From contig JAPUUO010000001.1 of assembly GCA_026967815.1 (NCBI GenBank), positions 4,034-68,033 on the forward strand: a DNA stretch of 64,000 nucleotides, given 5' to 3'. Position numbers and translations under genes: made by a program. The first letter of the stretch is position 1; each line of letters starts with the position of its first letter. This document shows, one piece after another, positions 53,778 through 61,535 of the stretch. A model generated the notes under the pieces. The model was not told the origin of the DNA, did not search any database, and saw only the letters and a list, made by a program, of their open reading frames with translations. Source of the DNA: Candidatus Bathyarchaeota archaeon. Its GTDB lineage: Archaea; Thermoproteota; Bathyarchaeia; Bathyarchaeales; Bathyarchaeaceae.

Positions 53778-54173
53778 TCACTTGCAGTTTAATGATTCAA
53801 TATTGTCATGGAAATTACCCACGACTTTGTATGTCATATTTCCCTCAAAAGGCTCTAAGGATGCGCCTGTACCTTTGTCAATCCCAAAGGCGGCGTCCGG
53901 CAAGGCGTAACGTACTGCACCCATAAAGGCAAGTTCTTCATCGAGGTCATACGCCTCTACTATGTCGCCCTCGTATATGGGTCGAGAATCCTTATCACGC
54001 AGTCCTGTAAACTGACCGACCGTAGCTTCTTCAACTTGATAATAGTCTGGGTCGTGCCCTCCGCGCACTACGCCAATCATCGGAATGTGGTCGCCGTCGC
54101 CTAATTGGAGGTCTCCGTATATCCATTCTCCATTGTCGAGGCGTTTGCCGCGAAAAAGTATCTGTCGGTTCAT
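53778..54173 (-). CDS. YopX-family protein
   Basis: Contains MNRQILFRGKRLDNGEWIYGDL..FTGLRDKDSRPIYEGDIVE. Confidence 0.7.
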   Translation of the reverse strand: MNRQILFRGKRLDNGEWIYGDLQLGDGDHIPMIGVVRGGHDPDYYQVEEATVGQFTGLRDKDSRPIYEGDIVEAYDLDEELAFMGAVRYALPDAAFGIDKGTGASLEPFEGNMTYKVVGNFHDNIESLNCK

Positions 54174-54175
54174 TC

Positions 54176-54505
54176 TTATTTCGTTTTAGGGTTGACTATT
54201 TCCAATATCTGCTCCAGCTGAGAGTCGGAGAGCTGTTCAAAGATTATATCACTGCATTGGCTTATCATCCTTTGCCGTCTTACCTCTTTTCTGAAATCCT
54301 CCAAATCTTCCTCCGTAGCTATTTCCGCGCTTGCGGAAGTCCAACAGTCAGAAGATACAAGAGTGCCGCTCGACTTGCGGAATTTATAGCCTTTGGCAAT
54401 GACGAAGTTCTTTTGTACCTTTTCAACCGTTAGAATCGTTCGATTCCATCGGCTTGTCATTATCAGTTTGTCGCCCACCTTGGCGTTATCCAATAATCCG
54501 CTCAT
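54176..54505 (-). CDS. Hypothetical protein
   Basis: 109-aa ORF. Confidence 0.45.
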   Translation of the reverse strand: MSGLLDNAKVGDKLIMTSRWNRTILTVEKVQKNFVIAKGYKFRKSSGTLVSSDCWTSASAEIATEEDLEDFRKEVRRQRMISQCSDIIFEQLSDSQLEQILEIVNPKTK

Positions 54506-54690
54506 TTCTCACCTCCTTTCAGTCTTTCCGTAAGCTCGGGAGAGTAGCGGAAGGTTGCATCTACTCCGAATCCAGTGCATATCGCACGGCAGTTCTCCCT
54601 GTCTAATGCGCATTCATCACAGTCTTGTCCGAATATGTGTTCGGGGACATAAATCTTGCCCTCTCTGATGATTCCGTTAATCTTCTCCAT
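54502..54690 (-). CDS. Cys-rich small protein
   Basis: From ATG 54690: MEKINGIIREGKIYVPEHIFGQDCDECALDRENCRAICTGFG.. Confidence 0.4.
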   Translation of the reverse strand: MEKINGIIREGKIYVPEHIFGQDCDECALDRENCRAICTGFGVDATFRYSPELTERLKGGEK

Positions 54691-55147
54691 GCTCCGAGCC
54701 TCCTTTCTCAATCCCGTTCAGTGCGTAGCCGTTGGCGGTTAATAACTCTATGGCGAGGACACAAGCCTCAATAGGGTTGTCAGACTGAGGCAAGCGGCCT
54801 GTAAAGCCATCCCAATCATAGTCTACAATCCAATGTCCATCGCTGAAATACAATATCACCTCGCCGTTGATAGTGCTTTCATCCTCTTTGTCGCAAATCT
54901 CCCAGCCGTCCTGAAACGGCTCGTACCACTTGGTAAAAGGGAAATCATCAAGTTCTTTCGGCAGCAGCCCCAGCAGACATCCGAGGCTCCAGGCAGGGGA
55001 ATGCCCTCTGTCTCTAAATGCACTCTTATATGGGTTGGTCGAGAGCGTGTTATGCGGAGTAATCATCATATCCGCACTCTCAGCCGGAACGCCGCATTTC
55101 AGCAGACGGTCGCTCTGCTCGCGTGTTGTAGCAATTCTGTTTGTCAT
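54677..55147 (-). CDS. Hypothetical protein (paralog of 53274-53660)
   Basis: Contains TREQSDRLLKCGVPAESAD, GLLPKEL and PIEACVLAIELL. Confidence 0.5.
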   Translation of the reverse strand: MTNRIATTREQSDRLLKCGVPAESADMMITPHNTLSTNPYKSAFRDRGHSPAWSLGCLLGLLPKELDDFPFTKWYEPFQDGWEICDKEDESTINGEVILYFSDGHWIVDYDWDGFTGRLPQSDNPIEACVLAIELLTANGYALNGIEKGGSEHGED

Positions 55148-55168
55148 ATCTCTTGTTTTTGTGGTGAG

Positions 55169-55975
55169 CTATAGTGTTAAATCCAATTTAAGTTGCGCCT
55201 GAGCGTCCTTTACACGCTTCACGGCAATGTCGTAATACTCCTGCATCAGCTCTATGCTGATGCCTCGGCGGTTGGCATTCACGCAAGCGACAAGCGTAGA
55301 GCCACTACCCATCGTACAGTCAAGCACGCAATCGCCCTCGTTGGTGTAGGCTTTAATCAGATACTCCAATAGCGTGACTGGCTTCTGTGTAGGATGATTG
55401 ACTTTCTCCTTTGAGTTTGATACCACCGATGGTATAGTAATCACATTGCCCTGCAATTTGCGGTCGGCGTCAAACGTATGCCAATCTCTTGGAGCGTACT
55501 CAGTGGCAAACGACACTTCCTGCGTAGGCTTCTTGTTTGTGCGCCACTGCTTGCTGTTGCCTTTCTGCGCTTGACGCACCCTATCGGATTTGCGCTCGGT
55601 ATATTGAGGGTTGAATGTGTATCTGCCGTTGGCAAACACTACAATATCCTCGCTGTATTTCAGATGCCGTATTCGGGCGTTGCCGATATTGCTCGGCTTA
55701 TGCTTTACCCACGTCAGTTTCTCCTTGAAAGCGTTATAATTGCTCGCTATCAATGCCGATGTGAACGGCTCACTCGCAAACAGCACGATAGCACCCTTGC
55801 ACACCCGATTAAGTTGTTCCCATAGTGGAGCAAACGGAATTACCACGTCCCATTTGCAGGAGGTTGTTCCATAGGGCAAATCGCAGATTACAGCGTCTAT
55901 GCTGTTATCAGCAAGCGTAGGCAGAATTTCAAGGCAGTCGCCGCGCAGGAGGGTGATGTTGTCTGTCTTATTCAT
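55169..55975 (-). CDS. Orphan beta-class DNA methyltransferase (N4-C or N6-A)
   Basis: From ATG 55975: MNKTDNITLLRGDCLEILPTL..SIDAVICDLPYG..HPTQKPVTLLEYLIKAYTNEGDCVLDCTMGSGST. Confidence 0.8.
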   Translation of the reverse strand: MNKTDNITLLRGDCLEILPTLADNSIDAVICDLPYGTTSCKWDVVIPFAPLWEQLNRVCKGAIVLFASEPFTSALIASNYNAFKEKLTWVKHKPSNIGNARIRHLKYSEDIVVFANGRYTFNPQYTERKSDRVRQAQKGNSKQWRTNKKPTQEVSFATEYAPRDWHTFDADRKLQGNVITIPSVVSNSKEKVNHPTQKPVTLLEYLIKAYTNEGDCVLDCTMGSGSTLVACVNANRRGISIELMQEYYDIAVKRVKDAQAQLKLDLTL

Positions 55976-55978
55976 ATC

Positions 55979-56037
55979 GGCTCTTTTGGCTCTTGGTTCA
56001 TACCGCAAAGTTAAAGCGACATTGCGGATTATCCAAA
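55979..56037 (-). promoter_or_regulatory. Canonical early-left promoter followed by AGAGCC doublet (copy 6)
   Basis: Minus strand reads TTTG (56037-56034) - N20 - TAACTTTG (56013-56006) - 12 nt - AGAGCC AAA AGAGCC (55993-55979) GAT ATG. Confidence 0.6.
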
Positions 56038-56086
56038 TAAACCTATAATGTAGGTTTAAGTTTCGAGAGAGCCGAAAAAGACGTGA

Positions 56087-56572
56087 TTTTGACCCCTATT
56101 TTGAGCAAAATCGGCTGAATCTCCTACACAACTTCATGCCCTCTTTTCTCCCTTTCTCTTTCTCCCTCAGCGAATTAGGCGGTCAAGCTATATAATGTAG
56201 TGTACCTATTTTCTATTTAACTTTTTTCTCTTTCTCTCGTACTATATATTTTTATAGAATTATTTTTTTCGTTTTTCAGTTCATTTACTACATTAAAGAG
56301 ATAAATATATAATAATCAATATTTTATCCGTGTAGTTGCTGGTTCAGTCCGCTGCATTGAGGTGCATAAGTGTTAAAAATATATAAAAGTTTGATTTTGC
56401 ACAGAAACTGAAATTTTGAGCAAAAAAAATTTTTCTGGGTCGCACCCACCCGTTTCAGTCCTGTCGACTCCACACCCCCGGCACCCCTTTGCGGGGTCAA
56501 ATACTCCACGAAATCAACGTGTTACACATGATAAACGGTCGCAACTGTGCTGTAACTCTCAATTTTGACCCC
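56087..56572. repeat. Three dispersed GGGGTCAAA(W) sites and a 13-nt direct repeat ATTTTGAGCAAAA
   Basis: TTTTGACCCC 56087-56096 and TTGACCCC 56565-56572 (both as reverse complement); GGGGTCAA 56493-56500; ATTTTGAGCAAAA at 56098-56110 and 56413-56425. Confidence 0.7.
56139..56238 (+). repeat. Pure polypyrimidine tracts flanking onset of a very AT-rich block
   Basis: A 31-nt C/T-only run lies at 56139-56169 and an 18-nt C/T-only run at 56221-56238. AT-rich sequence continues to about 56420. Confidence 0.75.
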
Positions 56573-56905
56573 TATTTTTACCCTTATTTTGAATGATTCT
56601 AAATAAACAACCGCAAATAATTGAAATTCAACACATTACATTTGGATTCCTCCGCAAATATGCATCATCTCCACCACATCACCAACAATTAAACAAACTT
56701 TAACACGCTCAATAATCGGCTTTCTGTCTTTTCGCGTGTCGCACCGGTTTGTGATCGCCTTCAATTTTTGCCATTGGAGTGTTAAACGCCGTATGCGTGT
56801 AGGCTGTGCGCTTTAGGTGCGATTCTGTGCGAAGCCTCTGTTTCAAGTGTTAAAATCAAGGCCATATTTTGAGAGTTAACCCGCTGAAAATAAACCGCTT
56901 AAAAG

Positions 56906-56936
56906 TTTGACATGTCATAAATTTTCCGTACCTTTG
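56906..56936 (+). promoter_or_regulatory. Canonical rightward promoter
   Basis: TTTG 56906-56909 - N19 - TACCTTTG 56929-56936. Confidence 0.6.
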
Positions 56937-56940
56937 TAGT

Positions 56941-57286
56941 GTAAGGAATGACCAAGCGGAACGCCTTACAATAGGACATTGAAAGAAAAAAGCCCTCAAA
57001 GGCTGCAACCGATGAGGGCGAAAAGGTGTAAAGGCCGACCGATAAAACGGCTATAACCTTTAAAACCCGTTGATATATGAGGCTTGAAATCTCATGGAAG
57101 TTAGGCAAATGGCGGTTTAAAATCATAATCAACCGCTAATGCCTTCGGGGGTTTAAAAATGCTACCAAAGGATAGCGACCCCCGAAAAGGGTTTTAAATC
57201 ACTCGCAAAGATAGCACAAACTTTGCAAAGATGCAACAGGCAAACGAAAAACCGCCCCGTTTGTCTGTCACAGATGAAGGGCGGTT
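56941..57286 (+). ncRNA. Long highly structured leader / ncRNA candidate (~350 nt)
   Basis: There is no ORF. At least seven hairpins were hand-folded, e.g. GTAAGG/CCTTAC 56941-56969, GCCCTCA/TGAGGGC 56992-57019, TTCGGGGGT/ACCCCCGAA 57144-57187 and AACCGCCC/GGGCGGTT 57250-57286. GGTTTAAAA and CAAAG(A/G)TA motifs recur. Confidence 0.4.
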
Positions 57287-57356
57287 AATTCAAATTAAGT
57301 TCCTGCAAAGGTACGACAATTCAAATTAAGTTTCACTATCAAATTCAAATTAAGTT
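57287..57356 (+). repeat. Three perfect 15-bp direct repeats AATTCAAATTAAGTT abutting a start codon
   Basis: Copies at 57287-57301, 57318-57332 and 57342-57356, with the ATG at 57357. Confidence 0.9.
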
Positions 57357-57995
57357 ATGACAAACAAAATTAACACCGGTGTTAATTCCACCATGAACGC
57401 AAACGAAATCAACGCCCGCACAAAATCCATCAACGGCATAATGAATCAGGCTAACCGCTTAATGTCGGTATGCAACATGGTTCGGAACTTCAAACGTGCC
57501 AATGCTATCCGTGAAATCGCTTTCCGCTATTACGACAACATTCGCGCTTGTGTCGGACGGTTCAACTACAACGACGATAGTGAGTATAACAAAGAGTATT
57601 CACGCGCCCAATACATGAACGCAAAAGAAACAAAAGCCCCCGAATTTTCGGAACTGTCACACACTGCAACTTCCGCAATTTGCCCGCTTGATTTCGATAC
57701 GACTTTCGACGCATACAATTACGCAATGGCGCACCGCCTTGATGAAAGCCCGTTAGCCGTTGCAATACCCACCGACGCCCACGGCACGGACTACGGTCGC
57801 AGTCTCGCACTAAACGGCGTTAAGTTGTTCGCCGTATGGTCTGACGAACTGGAGGAAACCGCAAACGGCTATGTCTATACGACCGAGGCCGGAGCGCGTG
57901 AAGCCATGGCACAAGTCGAAGATAACGATAAAGAGGCCGGAGTATATGAGCCTAACTACTGGAAAGTGTCCGATATGACAAAATATTTCGCATGA
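57357..57995 (+). CDS. Hypothetical protein
   Basis: 212-aa ORF, first gene of the rightward block. Confidence 0.55.
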   Translation: MTNKINTGVNSTMNANEINARTKSINGIMNQANRLMSVCNMVRNFKRANAIREIAFRYYDNIRACVGRFNYNDDSEYNKEYSRAQYMNAKETKAPEFSELSHTATSAICPLDFDTTFDAYNYAMAHRLDESPLAVAIPTDAHGTDYGRSLALNGVKLFAVWSDELEETANGYVYTTEAGAREAMAQVEDNDKEAGVYEPNYWKVSDMTKYFA

Positions 57996-58111
57996 AACAC
58001 ACCCTAAAAGCCACGGCGGCGATTGTCGGCATGCTTGCCGCCGGGCTTCTCTTCTGGTACATCGTAATTGAATTTATGTGGATGTGCTACTATGCCGGAA
58101 TCAGAATGTAA
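57992..58111 (+). CDS. Membrane micro-protein (39 aa)
   Basis: Hand-translated as MKHTLKATAAIVGMLAAGLLFWYIVIEFMWMCYYAGIRM. ATGA overlap upstream. Confidence 0.4.
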   Translation: MKHTLKATAAIVGMLAAGLLFWYIVIEFMWMCYYAGIRM

Positions 58112-58133
58112 AACCAATAAACACTACAAAGAT

Positions 58134-58385
58134 ATGCAGACAATCAGAATAAACACCCGCACAAATGCCAGTGGCAACGTTACAACATTCAGCATTAACG
58201 GAACATGTATAGCCCACGTTGGAACGGATTTATACAACGTAGGACGTTACGCCGGGCGTGTCAACCATGCAGGCGGCGCGGTGTGCAATAACTCAACCTT
58301 TCCCGATGCCGTGGAGTTTATAGGCGATGCCATTTGCATCCATTTCGCGCAATTTGGGTTAAACGTGGAATTTGTCAACGCTTAA
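58134..58385 (+). CDS. Hypothetical protein
   Basis: ATG 58134 (MQTIRINTR..). The ORF-track TTG start at 58068 is less likely. Confidence 0.45.
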   Translation: MQTIRINTRTNASGNVTTFSINGTCIAHVGTDLYNVGRYAGRVNHAGGAVCNNSTFPDAVEFIGDAICIHFAQFGLNVEFVNA

Positions 58386-58397
58386 ACAGTAGGAAAG

Positions 58398-58589
58398 ATG
58401 AAAACAAAACACATGACAATCGAACAGGGCAACCGCGTTAATTTGTCGCAGTTTCCGAACTTCCACAAGTCCGGCAGCATTGCAGGGATGAAGCGGCTTT
58501 ATTATGGTTCAAACGCTTTATTAGTGCGTTGTGGCTCGTATATCTACAATGTAACAGCAGCCCCGGAGATATACGCACAAGCACACTAA
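58398..58589 (+). CDS. Hypothetical protein
   Basis: 63-aa ORF. Confidence 0.45.
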   Translation: MKTKHMTIEQGNRVNLSQFPNFHKSGSIAGMKRLYYGSNALLVRCGSYIYNVTAAPEIYAQAH

Positions 58590-58672
58590 CCCCACACCCG
58601 GCGGCGCGGTGTTCCTGACCGCTGCGACCAAATCGACCGCCGGGAGCTAATAATAAATAAAAGCAAAAGAAT

Positions 58673-58843
58673 ATGACACAGAAAGAAGCAATGCGCAAAG
58701 TGGTTGAGTTTATGAACAACCAAATGCCGGAATACGGACTGCGCCCCGACATGATTACGGGTAAAACCTTTGCCGTTGTCAAGACAGACAACAAGGACAG
58801 AACAATAGCCACTATCAGCAGCTATTACAAGCCGACCTATTAA
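58673..58843 (+). CDS. Hypothetical micro-protein (56 aa)
   Basis: Hand-translated as MTQKEAMRKVVEFMNNQMPEYGLRPDMITGKTFAVVKTDNKDRTIATISSYYKPTY. Confidence 0.4.
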   Translation: MTQKEAMRKVVEFMNNQMPEYGLRPDMITGKTFAVVKTDNKDRTIATISSYYKPTY

Positions 58844-59008
58844 TATGGATTGACGGATTTTGCGGGCGCCATGCGTTTGACACAATGGCACACACGACCG
58901 CCTAAACCTCCCCAAATTCCGCGTTTCAACCCTCAGACGGTCAAACATACCGACAAGGGGAGAAACGGCGGGAGAAGTCAAGAAAACAACCAAAAACGCC
59001 ATACGGAC

Positions 59009-59257
59009 ATGAAAACAAGATACTACCTCTACGCGGGCTATTACGAATTATGGATAAGCCCCAAAAGATTAGGCGCACCGCTCACGCCTATAAGCTGGCA
59101 CAAGTCGCTTGAAGCTGCCGAGAAAGCCGCCGAGCGTTACGATGAATATGCAACGGTTATCTACGATGCCGAGTTAGCCAACGATCTAAACACGATTGAC
59201 CGTTGTGAGACACCCGCCGACCAAATAGCGGACATGGCTAAGTATATAGCAGCCTGA
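59009..59257 (+). CDS. Hypothetical protein
   Basis: ATG 59009 (MKTRYYLYAGYYELW..). Confidence 0.45.
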   Translation: MKTRYYLYAGYYELWISPKRLGAPLTPISWHKSLEAAEKAAERYDEYATVIYDAELANDLNTIDRCETPADQIADMAKYIAA

Positions 59258-59321
59258 CGGCGGGAGAAACAAAAGAAACAAGTAAAACCGCCCTATTGGC
59301 AGGGCATAAAGAATAACGACA

Positions 59322-59603
59322 ATGAAAACAAAGACACCGAAACAGATAGACGACCAATTTAGCCGCATTGGCTGGAGTTTATTCTTCCGCACCGGCCTTC
59401 CAATCCCCGTGCCAGAAGATGAACAGGCAAGCGAGAAATACAAGCATTATGAAGCAAACGAGAAGCGAGTGATGGCGATTGCAGAGCGTTATTTAGACAA
59501 CATGGCTAAATACTTTGGACTGTATGATGATTGCACAATGGAGCAATGGCAAACCGTTTATAACACCCCCGTCCCCGCCTCAGTCTACGCAAAACAAGTC
59601 TAA
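59322..59603 (+). CDS. Hypothetical protein
   Basis: 93-aa ORF. Confidence 0.45.
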   Translation: MKTKTPKQIDDQFSRIGWSLFFRTGLPIPVPEDEQASEKYKHYEANEKRVMAIAERYLDNMAKYFGLYDDCTMEQWQTVYNTPVPASVYAKQV

Positions 59604-59792
59604 CCCCTAAACAGATACAAACATGATACTAATAGCCCTAATATGCGCTATCGCATGGCTCGGCCCTGCATTACGCGACGGATCGAATGTAAAGTAAAAC
59701 AAGTAATCAACCCATACCGGCTCAGGCTAACGGCCTCTGAAAGCCCGCGACTTTCGCCGGGAACTATCAACAACAAATAAAATCATACGAAT

Positions 59793-60647
59793 ATGGCAAA
59801 CTACAGATTCAAGACCGCCGAAATAGAGGCGATGAAGAAAAACATCCTCACACACATAGAGCGCGAGGCCGAGACAAAAACCGCGTGGCGTTTACGCTGT
59901 GCAATAGAGGGGCAACTTATGTGCTGCCGACCCTCAAAACGCGAGGCGGCACGACTGGAGCGCGAATTAGCACTCTACGAAAAGTTAACCAAAAACGATT
60001 TACCTAATTGGCAGAGCGAACCGACACAGCCCGCACAACCCACAGAAACACCCCAAATTTCCACGGAAACCGCCGAGACGGTAAATATATCGGCAGAGGG
60101 AGAGAAAGCGGCAGAAACAAAAGAAATGCCGCATTACGAATGTCCGAATTATGCGGACTATGCTTTTGAGCGAGGCTGGAGCATCGAAAACACCGACTTT
60201 GACGCGCATTCGGGCGTATTGTGTATGATACACTTCGACCCGACCGATGAAAAGTATGTGTGCGGATGCTTGTGGCAGATAAACTCCGACAGTCCGAATT
60301 ATACCGAACACAGACGGTTTAAGACGCTCAAAGGTGCGCAGAATTACGGCACTAAACGGATGGGGATGAAATTGAAATATCAGACCTTGACAGTACATTG
60401 CCCGACAACTCCAATAGAGCCTCCACAATCGCCCGAAACTCCGCAGACGGTAGATTGTGCCACCGACACACCCAAACCGCGAGAAGCGGCACGAAAACCG
60501 CAAAATCGGGGCATTGGCGGCACACAACGTTCTCGACGCTCAGGATTGGGAGCGGGAGGATATGTGATGCTCGACAATGCAAGCGCAACACTTGACGCAA
60601 TGAGTGTTCCACATGAATGTTCCACGGCAGAAGCAGCTTATTGGTAG
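59793..60647 (+). CDS. Hypothetical protein with Pro/Thr/Gln-rich linkers
   Basis: 284-aa ORF. Confidence 0.5.
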   Translation: MANYRFKTAEIEAMKKNILTHIEREAETKTAWRLRCAIEGQLMCCRPSKREAARLERELALYEKLTKNDLPNWQSEPTQPAQPTETPQISTETAETVNISAEGEKAAETKEMPHYECPNYADYAFERGWSIENTDFDAHSGVLCMIHFDPTDEKYVCGCLWQINSDSPNYTEHRRFKTLKGAQNYGTKRMGMKLKYQTLTVHCPTTPIEPPQSPETPQTVDCATDTPKPREAARKPQNRGIGGTQRSRRSGLGAGGYVMLDNASATLDAMSVPHECSTAEAAYW

Positions 60648-60722
60648 CCCCGACCGAACTCTCTCCATTGGCAGACCTCAACGAATTTCAAAACTATTCA
60701 GTAATTTAGCAAATAAAAGATT

Positions 60723-61517
60723 ATGGCACGATACATATACGCGAGGTGCAGCACCATTGAGCAGGACTTTATGCAACAGCAGAACTGCGTAAACACCTAT
60801 CTTACGCAACACGGCGTCAACCCCGACAAGGACATAGCAAAAACTGTGGTCGAGAAAATATCCGGCACGGTACGGCATACCGAGCGCAAACTTGCCGGGC
60901 TTCTCGCCAAATGCAAGCAGGACGATATAATCTATATCTCCGAGCTATCCCGACTTGGCCGTAACATGTCAGATTTGTTCGCCATCGTCACCGAATCGTG
61001 CGAGAAAGGTGTTACAATCGTGCAGTGCAAAGACGGCAGCACGATAGAGAACGAAAGCATAGGCGGAAAGGCACTTTTATTTGCCCTCTCGCTCGCCGCA
61101 GAGATTGAAGTGCAGAACATACGCCAGCGTACACAAATGGGCCTGGATGCACGTAAAAAGCTATTGGAAGAGCAGGGCAGCTTCATCAGCAAGTCGGGCA
61201 ATATATGTACCAAATTTGGCCGTCCCAAGCGCGTCGAGGGCGAACCTTATGACCTGTCGGGCCTTGAGGCCGCAGCGGCAGCCAAAACCGACGCGGCAAT
61301 ACGTTGGCGCGAGAAGTCGCAGGCCGTCCGATTTGTCCGCCGCAAACGCAAAGAGGGGTGGGGCATAGTCCAGATAACCGAGGAACTTGGCAAGATGTAC
61401 GACGAGTTTGCAACAGCAGAAGGGAGCATAAACCCCTACGCCACGCCCTCCGGCTGCAAGCCTCAAAAAGGCACCGTGTCGCGTTGGTGCCGTGAGATGA
61501 ACCCGATTGCTATTTAA
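60723..61517 (+). CDS. Small serine recombinase (resolvase/invertase family)
   Basis: MARYIYARCSTIEQD contains the catalytic Ser context. Also has IYISELSRLGRN and AEIEVQNIRQRTQMGL, plus a C-terminal extension. Confidence 0.75.
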   Translation: MARYIYARCSTIEQDFMQQQNCVNTYLTQHGVNPDKDIAKTVVEKISGTVRHTERKLAGLLAKCKQDDIIYISELSRLGRNMSDLFAIVTESCEKGVTIVQCKDGSTIENESIGGKALLFALSLAAEIEVQNIRQRTQMGLDARKKLLEEQGSFISKSGNICTKFGRPKRVEGEPYDLSGLEAAAAAKTDAAIRWREKSQAVRFVRRKRKEGWGIVQITEELGKMYDEFATAEGSINPYATPSGCKPQKGTVSRWCREMNPIAI

Positions 61518-61535
61518 CGAATAAATCCCGTACAG

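Noticed and set aside
56661-56693. His-rich mini-ORF MHHLHHITNN, downstream of a TACATTTG box, as a his-type attenuation leader
   Set aside because: There are no histidine-biosynthesis genes nearby and no alternative terminator/antiterminator around it. Four His codons in AT/CA-rich sequence can arise by chance.
56324-57132. ORFs 56324-56509 (-) and 56899-57132 (-) in the control region
   Set aside because: They are short, use alternative starts, give low-complexity translations and cross predicted promoters and hairpins. They are treated as non-coding.
59793-60681. Antisense ORFs 60000-60527, 60352-60681 and 60380-60625
   Set aside because: All overlap the 284-aa plus-strand ORF, which fits the operon. 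Their translations are Arg/Cys/Phe-rich noise.
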